DNA of 25,551 nt from positions 1-25,551 of IMG/VR virus record IMGVR_UViG_3300020171_000124. One strand, written 5' to 3'. This DNA is from a virus. Lineage: Duplodnaviria; Caudoviricetes. Positions 23,497 to 25,551 of this stretch are shown in pieces. The notes below the pieces were generated by a model. The model saw nothing but the letters and a program-made list of their open reading frames with translations. It had not been told where the DNA came from and made no database searches. The position numbers and the translations under genes are program-made. Numbering within the stretch: position 1 is the first letter of the stretch; each line of letters starts with the position of its first letter.

Positions 23497-24981
23497 CTAG
23501 ACTTGCTCCTCATCCTGGTTCGCCTCGTCCGTCGGTGGCTTCTCCTGACCGAACGGCTGCGGCTGGCCGAACGGCCCGCCCTGCGGCGGCTCCGGCTTGG
23601 CGGGACCGGGGAATTCGTCCCCGCCCTCGTCCAGCGGTGGCATCAGCATGAACTTCTCGCGGTACTCATCCTTCGTCACCACCTGCAAGGTGCCAGCGGC
23701 CTGCCACTTCTTCAACTCATAGTCCGGGTCCTTCGTCTCCGCCTCCTCCAGCCAGATCACGATGTCCTCGTCCTCGCGCGCGTAGTGCTCCGTCATCACC
23801 TGCCCGAAGAGCGTGGCCAACGGGTTGACGACGTTACTGACGAAAATCTGATCGGCCACTGCCGCCTGCGCGCGGTTGACGCCAGTGATCTCGCCGGCAA
23901 TCACTGGATTGCAGCCGAGTGCCTGGAAGATGCGGCTCTTGACGGCCGTGCCCGAGTTGAGGTAGTCCATCTCCTGCGGCCCGAGCGAGAGCCGGTCGAC
24001 GCCCTCGATCATGCCGTCAACGATCAGCGGCTCGTTGTAGTTGACGACGCCCTCCCAGATCGCGCGGGCCGCCTCGATCAGCTCGCGCCGCTGATCCGCC
24101 TCCAGGACAGGCCGCTCGCCCTCCGTGCCGGGTAGCATGCCAGGAAGCCGGCCGACGCGCAGGGCCACGTTGGGGAAGAATGAGTTCTTGAACTGCCGCC
24201 ACTGCGCCGCCTGGATGGCCTCGTCAGCCGCCACCGCCGCGCTCTGGCTCTGCACCGGCGAGCAGTACCCCAGCGGGTCCGCCGGGTCCGGCAGGCAGAA
24301 CACGGCGACTTCCTCCGGCGGCACGTCGTACCAGCCCGTCGAGAGGCCGCTCATCGGCTGTATGCGGAAGTGGTCGAACAGCTTCTTGCGCGTGTGGACC
24401 GGCGTCACCCATGACGACGGCAGCGGCCAGACCTGCATGGCGCCCTTCACGCGCGGCATCCACCAGCAGCCCTTGCCGGTGATCTCCATCGAGGCCGCCG
24501 TCGAGTAGAACAGCCCCCACGTCACCATCGCCTCGTTGGGCGCGCGGATGGCGGTGAGCAGCTCATGGTCCTCGATCAGTTCCACCTCCTGGTCCATCTC
24601 CTTGACGTAGGCGGGGCCGCGCATCTTCTGCCAAGGGGTGAGCAGTTTCGTCCTTCGCCGCCAACCGAGCTTCTCCGCGAGGGCGGGCATCCCCTTCAGT
24701 TTGCGCCCGATCCGCAGCGGGAGCGCCGCCATGCGGGTGGCGATCCGGTTGATGGCGACGTAGGCCCAGCCGCGGAACCGCCTGTACTGGTCGTCGTGGC
24801 GCGCCGCCTCGTCGGAGAACCCGAGCATGGAGGAGAGGCCCAGTGAGGCCGCGATCATCGCGCCTGGGCCGCCTATGCCAGGCCCGAGGGCGTTGGCCGC
24901 CTGCGCCTTGTACGTGTCCAGCTCGCGGGAGCGCGACTCGAACTGCCTGCTAAGGAACGTGTCCCTGAGTGCCACCGGCAT
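23497..24981 (-). CDS. Portal protein (HK97 family)
   Basis: 'AYVAINRIATRMAALPL', 'PNEAM', 'ITGKGCWW', 'VWPLPSSWV', 'GYCSPV', 'QFKN', 'EMDYL..I..ALG.NP' and 'TKDEYRE' motifs; GGGAGG RBS. Confidence 0.92.
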   Translation of the reverse strand: MPVALRDTFLSRQFESRSRELDTYKAQAANALGPGIGGPGAMIAASLGLSSMLGFSDEAARHDDQYRRFRGWAYVAINRIATRMAALPLRIGRKLKGMPALAEKLGWRRRTKLLTPWQKMRGPAYVKEMDQEVELIEDHELLTAIRAPNEAMVTWGLFYSTAASMEITGKGCWWMPRVKGAMQVWPLPSSWVTPVHTRKKLFDHFRIQPMSGLSTGWYDVPPEEVAVFCLPDPADPLGYCSPVQSQSAAVAADEAIQAAQWRQFKNSFFPNVALRVGRLPGMLPGTEGERPVLEADQRRELIEAARAIWEGVVNYNEPLIVDGMIEGVDRLSLGPQEMDYLNSGTAVKSRIFQALGCNPVIAGEITGVNRAQAAVADQIFVSNVVNPLATLFGQVMTEHYAREDEDIVIWLEEAETKDPDYELKKWQAAGTLQVVTKDEYREKFMLMPPLDEGGDEFPGPAKPEPPQGGPFGQPQPFGQEKPPTDEANQDEEQV

Positions 24982-25393
24982 TACGTCGTCCTCCCGTCAG
25001 CGAAGCGAACTGCCCTTGCATGACCGCGATCTTCGTGTCCCGCTCGCAGATGGCCGCGAACTTCTCGTTGAGCCTGGTCAATTCCTCGGCCTCCTTCTCC
25101 CGGAGCGTGACCAGCGACTGGAGCTGCCGCACCTCATCGTTCGCCTCGGTCAGGAGCGACTCCAGCCGCGCGGTCTCCCGTAGGTGGTCGTGCCGCTCCG
25201 TCTCCAGGATGTCCTCGGCCGCCTTCGCCCGCTTGTCTGCCGCGATCGCGTCGCGGAGGCACGCCCGCCACTGCCGAGAGGCCCGCCGCGCCCTCTCTGC
25301 ATAGCCTTCCAGCCGCCTTCGCACGGCCGCGCCCCGACCTACCCACCACTCGACGCGCACCCACAACGCCAGCAGTCCCCGCAACCATCGCAT
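24950..25393 (-). CDS. Hypothetical coiled-coil protein upstream of portal
   Basis: 147 aa with a Trp-rich N-terminus and E/R heptads. GAGGG RBS; first gene after putative promoter P1. Confidence 0.7.
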   Translation of the reverse strand: MRWLRGLLALWVRVEWWVGRGAAVRRRLEGYAERARRASRQWRACLRDAIAADKRAKAAEDILETERHDHLRETARLESLLTEANDEVRQLQSLVTLREKEAEELTRLNEKFAAICERDTKIAVMQGQFASLTGGRRNAGGTQGHVP

Positions 25394-25397
25394 CCGC

Positions 25398-25419
25398 TCG
25401 CCCTCGACTGTAGCCGGTC
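25398..25419. repeat. 22-bp dispersed inverted repeat, copy 2 (leader/RBS of 24950..25393)
   Basis: TCGCCCTCGACTGTAGCCGGTC, the exact reverse complement of 10904..10925. Confidence 0.9.
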
Positions 25420-25426
25420 CCTCACG

Positions 25427-25463
25427 CCCCAGTGTCCACGCCGCCCGCCTCGCCTGTCAATGC
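25427..25463 (-). promoter_or_regulatory. Putative promoter P1: GCATTGACA-N17-GGACACTGGGG
   Basis: Same two boxes and same spacing as P2, with an unrelated spacer sequence; intergenic. Confidence 0.72.
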
Positions 25464-25465
25464 CG

Positions 25466-25505
25466 AAAGGGGTGGTCCCCCTGCCACACGAGGGAGACGG
25501 CCACC
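25466..25505 (-). terminator. Hairpin, weak terminator candidate upstream of P1
   Basis: GGTGG..TCTCCCT/AGGGGGA-CCACC followed by CCTTT. Confidence 0.4.
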
Positions 25506-25522
25506 TATTACCCGTTATTAGA
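25504..25522. promoter_or_regulatory. 19-bp palindromic motif, copy D (CCTATTACCCGTTATTAGA)
   Basis: 16/19 match to copy A, same orientation, about 40 bp upstream of P1. Confidence 0.7.
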
Positions 25523-25551
25523 TCAGCGTCCCCCGGTAGTCGAAGAACGCC

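Larger units (their letters stand above)
1..25551 (-). mobile_element. Tailed phage/prophage head and tail morphogenesis region (siphovirus-like)
   Basis: Co-oriented portal, MuF, protease, capsid, connector, neck, terminator, tube, chaperone and tape measure genes in canonical order. No sheath gene is seen. No integrase or att site is in the window, so free phage and prophage cannot be distinguished. Confidence 0.95.

Noticed and set aside
10904-25419. 22-bp inverted repeats as ends of an invertible segment or transposon
   Set aside because: No recombinase or transposase is in the window, and inversion would flip the essential head genes. The position over an RBS and in a hairpin loop fits RNA pairing better. 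Not formally excluded without read data.
25515-25551. 3' end of an upstream gene (AFFDYRGTLI-stop), possibly terminase large subunit by position
   Set aside because: Only about 10 codons are visible, so frame and identity cannot be supported.
1-25551. Host assignment and tRNA/rRNA genes
   Set aside because: High GC alone does not identify a host. No cloverleaf or rRNA-like sequence was seen in the intergenic regions inspected.

Overview
A high-GC tailed-phage or prophage virion morphogenesis module of siphovirus type, encoded almost entirely on the minus strand. Read right to left it contains: HK97-type portal; accessory virion genes including a LamG protein; a split MuF (head morphogenesis) locus; two SAM methyltransferases; prohead protease; major capsid; head-tail connectors; tail terminator; tail tube; G/GT tail chaperone with a -1 frameshift site; and the 5' part of a tape measure gene. 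The unusual features are: (1) the two MuF halves carry different C-terminal enzymes, a HExxH metallopeptidase and an intact type IB topoisomerase. Each is joined through a 'K..[WFY]xxxx(x)[PA]RDxxG' motif and followed by a translationally coupled small gene, one a 41%-acidic DNA-mimic-like peptide, which resembles an effector/immunity cassette array. (2) Four separate genes carry very long synonymously diversified poly-Ser tracts, three sharing a periodic VITF-like motif. (3) A perfect 22-nt complementarity links the leader/RBS just downstream of a putative promoter and a hairpin/terminator region 14.5 kb downstream. (4) There is a repeated 19-bp palindrome (TCTAATA-N5-TATTAGA) and a twice-repeated promoter-like motif (GCATTGACA-N17-GGACACTGGGG). 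(5) A Rep-like/moron insertion lies inside the tail operon. All family calls come from motif recognition by eye and gene order; no database searches were run.
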